From NCBI RefSeq assembly GCF_018350175.1, contig NC_058369.1:8556001-8620000 (forward strand): 64,000 nucleotides of DNA. The letters are read 5' to 3'. A model generated the notes under the pieces. It had not been told where the DNA came from, did not search any database, and was given only the letters and a program-made list of their open reading frames with translations. Source of the DNA: Felis catus. Lineage: Eukaryota. A program made the position numbers and the translations under genes. This document shows positions 1-11,740 of this stretch, piece after piece. Every line of letters starts with the position of its first letter. Positions within the stretch are counted from its first letter, which is position 1.

Positions 1-184
1 GCCCCCCCCTGCCCTCCCACCAGTCAGATCAAGCATCGACCACCAGAACCCGGAACCCACCTGAGTCCAGACGTCCCTCTCCTCCCAGGACTCACCTCTA
101 CCCGTGTCCCCACCGTGGCCCTCCTGCCCCAGCCCTGAGCAGCCTGGACCCCGCCAGGGCCCCCACCTCCCCATCTCCCTGCAG

Positions 185-890
185 GTCCGCCGTGCACTTG
201 CTGGAGAACTCCTTTGATGGCTTCACCATGTCCGCAGGGGGCTGCCCCAGGGCCTGGAACCTCAGGGGTGAGGGGGATGAGATGCCCTCTGGGGAGGGGG
301 GAGGTGTGGGGGGTTCCTTCTCCAGTTACACACATAGAGGTCACGTTCAGAGGCCGTGTTCAGGGGCCACTTCTGTTGGATCTTGTTCTAGGGTCGTATT
401 AAGGATTTCCATCCACGGGTCACTCAGGGTCACTGGGATCTTTTTAAAAGATCAGTGGGGTAAAATTCAGGGGTCACTGAGGTCATACTTTTGTATCGTG
501 TTGGGTCACATTCAAGTGGCATAATCAAGGGCCACTGGCCCCTGATCATGATGCCACTCAAGGGTCACATTCAGGGCTCGTGGGTAAAAGGCCAGAATTG
601 CACCTGTCCCTCCTGCAGGCTACAAGGGGCACCGATGCCTGAGCCCTCTGTTCCCCTCCTGGGACTCGGACTCAGACTCAGACCAGAACCCTTCCCAGCC
701 ACCGTTCAACAAGAGCCACTCCTTCCCACCTGGTGCGGATCCCCCCTTGCCTCACCCCACCCTTCCCCTCTTGGCCCGCCCTGGAACGGACCCTCCCAGC
801 TCCCCACCGGGGCATCGGCTCCCTGACCTCCAGCCCTGGGGTCCTCTGGGCTAAGCCGGGCCCTGACCCTACTCTCTCTCCACAGCCTGA
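185..890 (+). CDS. CCDC159: Coiled-coil domain-containing protein 159, last three coding exons (partial gene)
   Basis: Exons 185-267 (SAVHLLENSFDGFTMSAGGCPRAWNLR), 619-732 (YKGHRCLSPLFPSWDSDSDSDQNPSQPPFNKSHSFPP) and 886-890 (CC TGA). All have AG/GT flanks and matching phases. The peptide resembles the recalled human CCDC159 C-terminus (SWDSDSD...SFPPA), and the position upstream of PLPPR2 is syntenic. Confidence 0.85.
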
Positions 891-931
891 GCAGCCGGGA
901 CTGCTCTCCCTGAAGACCCCTCCAGAGAGAA

Positions 932-937
932 AATAAA
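932..937 (+). terminator. Polyadenylation signal AATAAA of CCDC159
   Basis: AATAAA 42 nt after the stop codon at 888-890. Confidence 0.75.
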
Positions 938-1399
938 CTAGCCAAGACCCTCTTCCACCTGTGGACTTGCTCCTGCTGCTTCCTATGCCTGAGAATGATC
1001 CTCAACATCCCCCCGCCCCCCGCCGCTTCCCCACCCTAGTTTACTTCCCAGGGTTGGGGGCGGTGTGGAGACCCCAGAGGCTGTTCAGGATATGTAGGCT
1101 TAGGGTCAGGGGACAGAGTGAGGCCAGATTTAGTATATAACAAAGTCAGGGGTCAGTCTGTCCAGATAAGAGTGTCCAGACAGGCTCGTTATACTAGCCA
1201 CCAGAGTTCCTTTCGGGGGGGGGGGGGCCCAGGCCATCCAGCCTGCTGCCTGTACTGCCCCAAAGGGGAAACTGAGGCACCGGAAGAGGGTCGAGGCCCA
1301 GGGTCACCCTCTCACACCCTGCCCTCCTCTTCCCCTCAGCGCCCCCACCACCTAGTTCTCCCTCCACCTGCAGCCCTCATTCCCTCCCGAATTTGTTCT

Positions 1400-1900
1400 A
1401 ACGCTCTGGGGCCCCAAGAGCAACGGTGGCGGCCCCGCCCGACCATGCTGATAAGACGCCTCGAGTCCCCGCCTCACAGGGTTATGCAAATGAGGCGCCC
1501 GGAGGCCCCGCCCCTCGCCCCTTCGCTGAGTCTGCGCGGCTCGGCGGGGCCGACGGAGTCTCCCATCTCCGCGTCCGCCCGCCGGGCCTGCCGTCCGTCT
1601 GTTCGTCCTGCTGCCCGGGTGACTTCTAAGCGGAGCGGGGGCTCAGGCGGTGACAGCCTCGACCCGGTGAGGGAGAGGGGCTTGGGGCGCCCCCTGCTCC
1701 CCCCCCCACCCCTCGCGGGCTTCCGATCCTCGGTCTGTCTGTCTGGCCAAGGTTCAGTTTCTGCGGGTCGGGTCCCCTGTGGGTCCAGCCCAGGGAGGGG
1801 GAGGGGAGGCAGTGAGCTGGGGCTCGCGGACCGGGTTCGGGGAGGGGAGCGTGGAGAGGGGACCCCGGACCCGAGAAGCCAAGCGGCGGTGGTGAGGGTG
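1400..1900 (+). promoter_or_regulatory. CpG-island promoter and non-coding first exon of PLPPR2
   Basis: CpG-dense. Contains GC boxes (GGCCCCGCCC at 1431 and about 1504), TGATAA 1449-1454, octamer ATGCAAAT 1484-1491 and a splice donor CCG|GTGAGG at 1666/1667. Confidence 0.7.
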
Positions 1901-3802
1901 ACTGTGATTGTGTGGTTGTCATTATGTATCAGTGTGTGGTTGTGTAACTGCAATTGTGTGGCTTTGGCGATGCCTGTGTGGCGCGCGTGTGACTGTCTCT
2001 TGGGGCTGTCGTTGTGTGGCTGTCGTCACGGGGTACCACTCTGAGGGTGTGTGTGGCTGTGTGGTTGTGTGCACATGACTGCCATTGTGTGTTCCTCCTG
2101 ATGGTGTGGGGGGGGCCCATTTCTATGTTTCAGTGTGGCGGTGATCACGCGCCTCTCTTGTGTGGCTCGGCGTGCAAATCCGTGTCACGGCCCGTATATG
2201 TGCCCTTGTGTAGCCGTGTGGCTGAGCTGGTGGATGACATCGTCTCCTATGAGTGTCCGCGTGGATGAGAGATGGTTAATGTGCGTGGCTGTCATCGAGT
2301 GCCTGGCAATTGGGGGCGTGACGCTGTGCCCGGCCGGTGACCCCCACTGTGTGTGGTGACTCTTTCGGATGTGGCTCCGAAGTGTGCTGCGAGTATGTCC
2401 CTGACGATGGGGGGCGGGGGTGAGCGCTTGTGTGGGGCTGCATGCGGGGCTGCGAAATGTGTGAAGGGCCTCCTCTTGTGTCCCTGAGTCTGTGTGTGTG
2501 TGTGGGGGGGGGGGGATTGTTTGATCTGTGTGGGTGTCTGTGACAGGCCGTGTGCACACTGTGCCGTGTGTGTGAGTGTACCGTTGTGTGCGAGTGGGTG
2601 TTGGGCACCTGTCTGAATGAGCAGGCCCGTCTTGTTCACCACAAGCCAAGTGCCTAAAACCCGGCAGGCCCCGGATCCCTGTTCGTGGGATGGACAAACG
2701 CCGTGCCGTGTGTGTGGTGTTGGCCACGGAGGCTGTGGCTGAGTTGTGTACCCTAGGGATGCCAGCACGTGTGTGGTTGTGTCTCTGGAAGGGTGAGGGG
2801 CCGTGGCCAGGTGCGCATCTGAGATATCTGGTGACCCTTACCCCACATGTCACACTGCAGAGCAAGCTGCGTGGATGGGGCACTGGACCCAGAGTGCCTA
2901 CCCTCACCTTCCTGGGCCTCAGTTTCCACCTCTGTGCAATGGGGTTGACCATCCCCGTCCTGCTGGCCGCCAGGAGCGGCTGTGAGTCTGTGGGTGTGGC
3001 GGAGGCCTGTGGGAAGCCATAGGGCCTTTTCACAGGTGAGGTCAGCCTGGGAGAATGGGCCGAGCAGGTGTGGCTGTGTTGGCCCCTCCGTGCTGGGGAC
3101 TGAGGTTACATATTGGGGAGAGGGGGCTTGTTGGGAGAAGATAGCCCCCTCGTGATCCAGAGAAGCAGACAGGCTGGGAAGAGGGGGAGAGGGAGAGGCA
3201 GCTGGGAGAGAAGGAGGGCCTGGCCATCAGCCCAAACTAGTTAGGCACAGCCCATGGGGACAGGAGAGAGAGGCTCCTATGGGCCATGGGGGAAGGCGTT
3301 TAGAGGAGGAGCCTGGGAGGGGTGGGGGCCACGGAGCATGGGGGTCCCTTATAAAGCACACGGAGAAAGAGGATGGGGTCCCCTAAAAACCAGCGGGGGC
3401 CTAGATCCCTTCTAAATGGATCCTTCTCTGTGGGGGAGGGGTCCCATTAAGCGGAAGAAGCCTCTTCCAGAGGCCGAGGGGAGGTGACCTACAGGGTAAG
3501 GAGGAAGGCCCTCCTAAAAGGCATGGGGTCTGAATCTCCTCTGTGGGCTGTCGGGGGAGACCACTGGAGAACCTCTGGGATCCCTGGCAGAGGCTGACCG
3601 CTGGTTGGGTCAGGGGAGGCCGGAGCCTCCGATGGGCAGCGTCCTGGATGTCCAGAGTCCGGGCCAGGAGGCTCAGTGGGTGGAGCCGGGACTCCTTTGT
3701 GGTAGTGTTGGGGCCTAAGGGGCCCAGGCGACCAGAGCCTCCCCCTGGGCCCCGCCCTGGCCGTCCCATTCCCTCCCCACCTCCGCAGGCCCGGCCTTCA
3801 CC

Positions 3803-6800
3803 ATGGCAGGAGGGAGACCTCAGCTGAAGAGGAGTTTCTCCATCATTCCCTGCTTTGTCTTCGTGGAGGTGAGGAACCCGGGAACTCTCTGCCTGCGCCT
3901 GCGTGCCCCCCTGACTCGCTCCCAGACCCTCAGCGGGGAGGAGGTGCGTTCAGGAGCCACACTCCCAGGGTTCGAATCCCGCTCTGTCCATCCTTCCCGC
4001 AGAACCCTGGGTACCTCGCATACCCTGCTCTCGAGCCTCAGTTTCCTTGTCTGTCAAATAGGCACATAGAGTCCCTTTCTCCTAGCGTGGTTATGAAGGT
4101 AAAATGTATTATAATTCACGGACGAGGGTTAGTATGACACCCCCAGCAAGGACTGTACTATTATCTTCTCCCCTGTTGGTCTGTCCTCCCCCCACCGACT
4201 GACCCTTCTCTCTGGTCTGAGCCCTGGCCCAGTCCTCACTCTCGCTCTCCCTAATCTCATCTCCTCTTTCCTTCCCATTCTATGAGTCCCTTCTCTTTCT
4301 CTTCTCCCTTCCCCTCCCCTCCTCTCCCACCTCTCCCACCTTCTGTTTCCATCTTTTTGTGTCTGCGAGTCCCTGACCATTCTCCACCTCTCTCTCGCTC
4401 TCTCTCACCCTTTTTATCTCTCTCAGTCTTGATCTCTCTGTCTCTCCCCCCCCCCCCCAATCTCTGTCTCTCACCACGGCCCCAGCTTGGACCTGACCCT
4501 GTCTCTTCTCTCTCTATCTCTCCGCCATGACTGGGTGGCAGTCAGTGCTTCTGGGCATCGTGGTCCTGCTCGCTTACCGCCTGGAGTTCACGGACACCTT
4601 CCCCGTGCACACCCAGGGGTTCTTCTGCTATGACAGTACCTATGCGAAGCCTTACCCGGGGCCTGAGGCTGCCAGCCGAGTGCCTCCTGCTCTCATCTAT
4701 GCCCTAGTCACTGCTGGGCCCACCCTCACGGTGAGACTGGGGGTAGCCTTGGGCAGGCCCAGGCAGCGGGAGGACGAGGTGGAGGTGTTGGGGTGGGGGG
4801 AGGGTTGGATTTGAAGGCCAGGAAGACCCTGCCTTGATCTTGCCCACAGATCCTGCTGGGGGAGCTGGCGCGTGCCTTTTTCCCCGCGCCACCCTCCGCC
4901 GTCCCCATCATCGGGGAGAGCACCATCGTGTCAGGGGCCTGCTGCCGCTTCAGTCCCCCACTGCGGAGGCTGGTCCGCTTCCTGGGTGAGTGACATGGCC
5001 GGCCGGTCGGCTGTGCAAAGGAAACGTGGGCCAGATTCAGCCATAATAAGAAGTTTATAGGGCAGAGGGCCTAGAACTCTCATGACGGTGACTTCCTGGA
5101 GCAAAAGGGGACTTGGGCTGAGGCCAGGCATGATGGGGGTTCTAGGGACATGGGTGGGGCCTAAGCCAACCATGATGGCAACCGGGAGGGCTCCCAGATT
5201 GCTACAGGGAGAATCTCAAGGCAAAAAAGGGGGACACAGGCCCAGCCCAAATACCATCCCACCTTCCACCGCACCCTGAACAGGACGGTGAGATCCCACT
5301 GTGCTTTAAGTGCGATCCCAGCCACAAGTGGCGGAGAAATGTAGGAGAGGGTAGAGCTCATCCCAAACGGTGGCGTCTGTGACAGAAGGCTACAGATATA
5401 GCTCTGGCTAATTGTTCGTCCGGGGAAAAAGTGATCGACTCAGTGAGTCCAGGACAGGTGCAGAAAGGCCCAGAAATGCCATCAGGATAGTCCTAGGAGG
5501 TTCCAGGCATAGGCCCAATCCTGATGTAATGCTGTTGAGGGGTCCTGGGCCTGGATATATGGGGGTCCCAGGGGTGGACCCCCTCCTGATAGAGCAGCAA
5601 TCCAAGAGAGAGGCAAGATGCTCAGAGTGCCATCAAGGGAAGAGGACCTTGGCCCAGCTGTAAGGTGATGTGGCTTTAGAGGGATTCTCAGCTGTGCTTT
5701 AATGATGGTCCCAGCAGCAAGGAGACAGGACGCCCAGATGAGCCACAGGGGCTCGCAGGAGGCGGGCCCCTGGCATCTCAGGGGCCCAGCATGAACCCTG
5801 TCTCCCACCCCACCCCCAGGGGTCTACTCCTTCGGCCTCTTCACCACAACCATCTTCGCCAACGCTGGGCAGGTGGTGACCGGAAACCCCACACCGCACT
5901 TCCTGTCCGTGTGTCGCCCCAACTACACGGCCCTGGGCTGCCCACCGCCTTCGCCCGACAGGCCGGGGCCCGACCGCTTCGTCACCGACCAGGGTGCCTG
6001 TGCCGGCAGCCCCAGCCTGGTGGCCGCTGCGCGCCGTGCCTTCCCCTGCAAGGATGCTGCCCTTTGCGCCTACGCGGTCACCTACACAGCGGTGAGCCCC
6101 AAAACAGGGGCACAAAAGTGGGGGGGGCGGCCAGTGGGTAGGACGCCACCCTGGGCTGGAGCCTCGGATTCCTTCCCAGGGTAAGGTCATGCCCCGGTGC
6201 TGTGACACGGTCCCTAGGGTGGCCCCACCCCTCTGGATGGCCGGTCCCAGAGTCTGAGCTTATTGCTGTGTTCGTGACTGCCCCTTTTGGGTCTGGCCAC
6301 GCTGCCTGACCCAGGAACGCTGTGCTCAAAGGAGGCTGTTGGCTCCGCCCTGCGGGACCAAAACGCTGTTCCTGGAACACTGGACTCCGTTTCCGGGAGC
6401 CTAGCCATGTCCCCATGATGCTACAGGTGCTAGATACTGGCTGGGAGACTGGAAAGAGGTGCTTTCAGCTTGGCCCCCTGGAGCCTTTTTGTCCTTGCCC
6501 TTTGTTGATGTGGCCATGTCCCTGACTTGACCCACTGGGACTTCCTTTGTCGCCTGCTTTTCCCTGGTTCGCACCTCCTGTTGCTCTGACTCCTTTTTCC
6601 GGTGTTCGTGACTAGCTTCTATTCTTGTCAGTGGTCCGGGGCTTTGGGGATTCCACCTCCTGGAGTTCTTGGACCTGCCCCCTGAGCCTTGACTACACCC
6701 TTTGGGCCTGAAGCTTTGTGTTAACCTAGCAAGCGTCTTCCCCTGTCTGACTGGTCCTGGGGAGACCTGGGCCCCAGACTCTGTCCTCTGCTCTTTGGTG

Positions 6801-8720
6801 CCCTGGCCACTCCCCCATCCCTGCAAGGGCCCACTGGGAGTTCATGACTCCATTCCCGAACTCCCGTTCCCCTGATTCTGTTCTCTGGAGCCCCTGGCCG
6901 CAGCCTCTTGCCCCAACGCTGTTCCTAGAGATTCTGGCCACGCCCCCAGCCCGGAATGCCGTATCCGGGTTTGGGTTCGGCAAACTGCACTGTGTCCCCT
7001 GACTGGTTGGCTCCTGCAGATGTACGTGACGCTTGTGTTCCGAGTGAAGGGCTCCCGCCTGGTCAAACCCTCGCTCTGCCTGGCCCTGCTGTGCCCCGCC
7101 TTCCTGGTGGGCGTGGTCCGCGTGGCCGAGTACCGCAACCACTGGTCTGACGTGCTGGCCGGCTTCCTGACAGGCGCTGCCATCGCAACCTTTCTGGTGA
7201 GCCATCCATCCATCCCGATACGGGAGACCCTCTGTCAGCTCTGACCCAAGAAGCAGGACCACATGATAGTGAAGGGTGTGGCCTCTGTGTGACCTTGGGC
7301 AAGTCCCTTACCCTCACCCTGCCTAGATGTTCTTCTCATCTGTGAAATGGGATAACAGGACGAGGGTAAGTAGAGTGAGGTCCTCGCTATGAATGCAGAA
7401 TTTAAGGGGGCACCAAAACACTCAGTAATCAAGGAAGATAATGTCTTAATGAAATATTTTTAAAAATCACAATGAGTGCAAAAACACATGTCCCAAGCAT
7501 CGAAAACTTAAAGACAGGATCAGATCCTGCCCTTGCACGACTTAGCTTTATTTGTCTCGCCCTAGTCGTGGCCCTGTGGGATAAATAATAATAGTACCTA
7601 CCTCTTAGTAAAGTAGAAAGAACAGGGCCTGGCACATAAATGTACTGCTAAAATGTTAACTGAGGTTAACTGAGCCTCAGTTTCCCGATCTGAAAACTGG
7701 GGATGGTATTTACACAATGCCTACAGTATTGGCTTCAGGCTTCGAATGCACCTCTCCCTCTGCCCCAGGTCACCTGCGTTGTACACAACTTCCAGAGCCG
7801 GCGGCCCTCTGGCCGAAGGTTCTCCCCCTGGGAAGACCTGGGCCAAGCCCCCACCATGGACAGCCCCCTCGAAAAGTTAAGTGTGGCCCAGGTAAGGGGG
7901 GCCGGGGTCTGCTCCCGGCTGGAGAGGGTGGTGGGTGGAGGGGGACCAAGGAGGCAAGGAATTCGGGCAAGAGGTGGGGGTCTCTGGGCCACAGGGAGGT
8001 AAAGGGATTGCTCGTCTTTGTGGACCTAGGTCCTGGGGGACAGTCACACAAAATAGAAGAATGTGTCATGGTTAATCTGGAAAACTCTAGTTGTCTTTTC
8101 CATTGGGCTCTCTGCCCAAAGAGCCCCTCATGGCTGTGGCCGGTGGGGCCCAGGGGGCCGCTAGCCCCTTCCCTCTGCCTCTTTGTCTCAGGAACCCGAG
8201 GCCTGCAGGCCGCATTCGACACCGGCACGGCTCACCCCATCCAGTGAGTGTCGAGGGGGTGGGGGGATAACCGGGGGGACTGCCAGGTCCCAGTCACTGC
8301 CACAGAGGTCTCGCCTATGCTCTCGTGGCCCCCTCCCAAGCTTTCTGATCCCCTGACCTCTGACCCTGACCCCCAGAGTCGCAGAACTGTGCCCGCCGTG
8401 GCCACCTGATCCCCAGCTGCGTGTCCTCCAGGGCTCCAGCCATGTGTTCGTCGCCCCGTGTGCCCCGCCCTCGATTGAGGTCTGAGCCGACGCCCCTGCC
8501 TCTGCCCCTGCCCCTGCCAGCACCAACTCCCAGCCAGGGCCCCTCACCCTCCTCCCCTGGGCCTGGGGGGCCGGGTGGGGGTGGTGGACGTGGTCGGAAG
8601 CTGCTTCTGCCCACACCCCTGCTTCGGGACCTGTACACCCTTAGTGGACTCTATCCCTCCCCCTTCCACCGGGACAACTTCAGCCCTTACCTGTTTGCCA
8701 GCCGTGACCACCTGTTGTGA
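3803..8720 (+). CDS. PLPPR2: Phospholipid phosphatase-related protein 2 (LPPR2/PRG4), 452-aa long isoform
   Basis: Exons 3803-3868, 4542-4730, 4850-4985, 5820-6091, 7020-7196, 7769-7891, 8192-8243 and 8377-8720, total 1359 nt. Starts MAGGRPQLKRSFSIIPCFVFVE and ends YLFASRDHLL. PAP2/LPP-like multipass membrane protein with degenerate catalytic motifs. Confidence 0.96.
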
Positions 8721-9666
8721 GGCCCCACCACCCACCCAGAATCTTCCAGGTCCCCATTCCTTCCCTGCCACACGTGAGTGTGCGTGTGCCATGTGAGTGC
8801 CAAAGCCCCCTGTGCACAAACCAGCCAGGCCTAGACGTTAGAGGCTGGCTGGAAGGACATTTGGGGGGCCCCTGCCTCTCTTGCCCTCTGGAACATCCAA
8901 GTGGGCATAACTGGGAGGTGGGCCCTTGCCCCCAGGATGGCTCTTTTAGGGCCCAAACCTGACCCCATTGGCCATTGCTGAGCCAATGGGAGTCCCCAGT
9001 TCTAAAACTTCTACTCAAAAGGAGTTTACTCCAGCCAATGGAGCCTCCCCTCACGTCTTAGAATCCTCAGGCAAGAGGGTAACTCCAGTTTGTGTTCAGT
9101 GTCTGAACAACCAATAGGAGTCCTTGGTTTTCAGAACTTCTAGGATGGGTGGGTATGATTCCAGTCAATGGGGGACCGCCAATGTCTAAGCACGTGCAGA
9201 GGAGAGGAGGGAGATGGGGTCATCCTGTGTCATTGGGTCCTCTCTCAGAATCAGAGAGTCCAGCTGGAGAATGGGGGGCAGGCTCCCCCGTGGCAGGGTT
9301 CTTGGAGCACCCCTTCCTCTCTCAGCCCCTCCCCCATGTGCAACCTCTCACTCAGTCCCTCCTAACTCCCAACTTACACAGGGCTTGCCCCAGTTCAGAG
9401 GTTTTGGGGTTCAGGGTGCTGTCTCTCCCCTTATCTGTGCCCAGGTCACCTCAAACCCCTCTGTTATTAGGGCTGTGGGAGGGACTTTTTTTGCCTTGGA
9501 GTCTGTCCCTGTTCTTTACACTGCCCCCCACCCCGGGCTCCAGCCTCATGCAGATGTGCCATCATGGGGGGCATGGGTGGAGCAGAGAGGGCTCCCCTGC
9601 CCCAGGCAGCCAAAGGCAGTGGGCAGAGGAGATACTGCCCCCCTTTCCTGCCCCCACCTTATCTTT

Positions 9667-9672
9667 AATAAA
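9667..9672 (+). terminator. Polyadenylation signal of PLPPR2
   Basis: AATAAA about 950 nt after the stop, followed by GT-rich sequence. Confidence 0.75.
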
Positions 9673-10614
9673 GACCTGTTTGTAACAGAAGTTTGGCCAC
9701 CTGCCTTCCTCCTCCCCCAGGTGTTGGGGTGTGGAAGACTTTAATTGTGGGTCTGTAGGTGAGGTTGGGCGAGGGTTTATTGTCACAGCGTATCTGAGAG
9801 GGATGTGGAAAAGCAGTGTGGGGCCACTGAGCCAGTGGCTTGGGTTTAAATCCTGGCTCAGCATTTCCTGGTCGCGTGACTTCAAGAAAGTTAATTAACC
9901 TCTCCGTTCTCTTGTTTCTTCATCTGTCAAAACGCAGACAGTGCCACATGTAAGGCACACAAACACATGGTGAGCAGCCTCACACGACCGCCTCCTCCAG
10001 GCAGTTGGCCTGTTTTTGACTATGGTCAGGTGCAGAGGACCTGGGGAATAGGGTGAGGGCACTAGGACCCCCATGCCAAAACCTGGCTTCATGGATGAGA
10101 GCAAGGGTTCTGACTGTGAGGTTGTGCTGAGACCCAACCCTTGAGGACCCAGTGGAAACCAGGAGGTAGGAGGGGCATGGAGGCACAGACCTCCCCACAA
10201 CCCACTGCGGGTCTGAGGGGCTTCAGACAGGCCATTCGGGCCATGGAGTTATTCCGGAGCCAGGAAAGGGTTATCTGCTTCCCTTCCCCCCTTATTTCAT
10301 TCATTCATTCATTCATTCATTCACTCATTCATTCAACAAACACTATGGATCAGCTACTGTGTGCCAGGTTCTGTGTAGTTAGGCACAGAGGTTGTAGCAG
10401 TGAACAGAAGAGACACAAATTTCTGCCATCAGGAAGCTAATATTCTAATATGTGAGAGACAGACAACAAGATAAATACACTAGACACAGAGTCACAACTC
10501 CAAATTTCAAAAATGTCTGAAAACCAAACTTCTTTCATAGCTCATTTGTGGCAAAGCCTGACCTTTACTGACATACAGTTATTATAGCTTTTATTTACTG
10601 AACTTTATGTGAAT

Positions 10615-10797
10615 ATTCTTTTTTAAATAAAGTTTATTTATTTATTTTTAAGAGAGAGGGAGAGAGAGAATCCCAAGCAGGCTCCATGCTATCAGTGCAG
10701 AGCCCGATGCGGGGCTTGAACCCATGGACTGTGAGATCATGATCTGAGCCAAAATCGAGAACTGGAGGCTTAATCATTTGAGTCACCCAGGTGCCTT
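10615..10797 (-). mobile_element. Can-SINE (tRNA-derived carnivore SINE)
   Basis: Reverse complement of GGCACCTGGGTGACTCA...GCCTGCTTGGGATTCTCTC plus A-rich tail. Flanked by the probable target-site duplication TGAATATTCT. Ends approximate. Confidence 0.85.
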
Positions 10798-11088
10798 TTG
10801 ATTTGAATATTCTCATGTTTCATTGCAGATAAAGGAAATTGTTTGATTTTGAGATGTTATCCCAGGCCCCACTAGGATGTTATGCAATACATAGTATTTA
10901 TACCATAGTACCTTTCAAAAAAGATCTGCAGAATTCTGAATTCCAAATTGTAGGATCAAGGATTTAGGTCAGGGTTTGGGATCTCTGATACATTAGATAT
11001 TGACAAGCGATAGGAGAAAATTCAAGCTAGAGAGGACAATGGACACCTTTGGGATGGGAACAGAGCTTGCAATTTAAAGAGGCATAAA

Positions 11089-11225
11089 GGGGAGCCTGAG
11101 TGGCTGAGTTGGATAAGCATCTGACTCTTGATCTCAGCTCAGGTCTTGATCTCAGGGTCATGAGTTCAGGTCCCGTGTTGGTCTCTGCACTGAGCGTGAA
11201 GACTAGTTAAAAAATAAATAAAATA
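11089..11225 (+). mobile_element. Short Can-SINE variant
   Basis: GGGGAGCCTGAGTGGCTGAGTTGG...GAGTTCAGGTCCC followed by an A-rich tail. Ends approximate. Confidence 0.7.
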
Positions 11226-11683
11226 TAGATAGGTAGGTAGATATAAAGAGTTCAGGCCCTGAGTTGGGCTCTATGCTGGGCGTGAAGCCTGCTTATAAAC
11301 AAACAAAAGCATGAGGAGGGAGGGAGAGAGCCATGTAAATAGGCAGGGGGGAAGGAACGTTTGAGGCAGAGGGAACAGCAAGCACCAAAGCTCTGAGGTG
11401 GAAACCAACCCCCTGTGTTCAGGGACCAGTGAGGAGACCTGTGCAGCTGGAGCTGAACGAGGCAGGGGGCAGATAGGAGAGGAGGTGGGGTAGGTGGCAG
11501 GGCTGATTGTGGGCCATGGGGAATTATATGGGGGCATGAGAGGGCTTAAGGCAGAGGAGAGAGAGAATCACGGAGCCCTCTTCTTCACCGAACAGAGCTT
11601 CTATTTCCAGGGATCCCACCCCTGAGACCTTGGTTCCTTCTGTTACACAGCTACCTCCACACGGGCCAGGAAAGAAGCAAAAC

Positions 11684-11740
11684 TTCAGCACAGCGGACAG
11701 CGTTCCAGCCAACCCAGCTGGCGCTGTCCGTGGTTCTGAA
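11684..11740. promoter_or_regulatory. Two inverted RE1/NRSE (REST-binding) elements
   Basis: TTCAGCACAGCGGACAGCGTT at 11684-11704 (+). GGCGCTGTCCGTGGTTCTGAA at 11720-11740, whose reverse complement TTCAGAACCACGGACAGCGCC is 1 mismatch from the canonical RE1 TTCAGCACCACGGACAGCGCC. Confidence 0.85.

Noticed and set aside
1118-3033. 308-aa (+) and 282-aa (-) ORFs over the PLPPR2 promoter and intron 1
   Set aside because: Products of the CpG island and the TG-rich tract. No domain similarity or coding-like composition.
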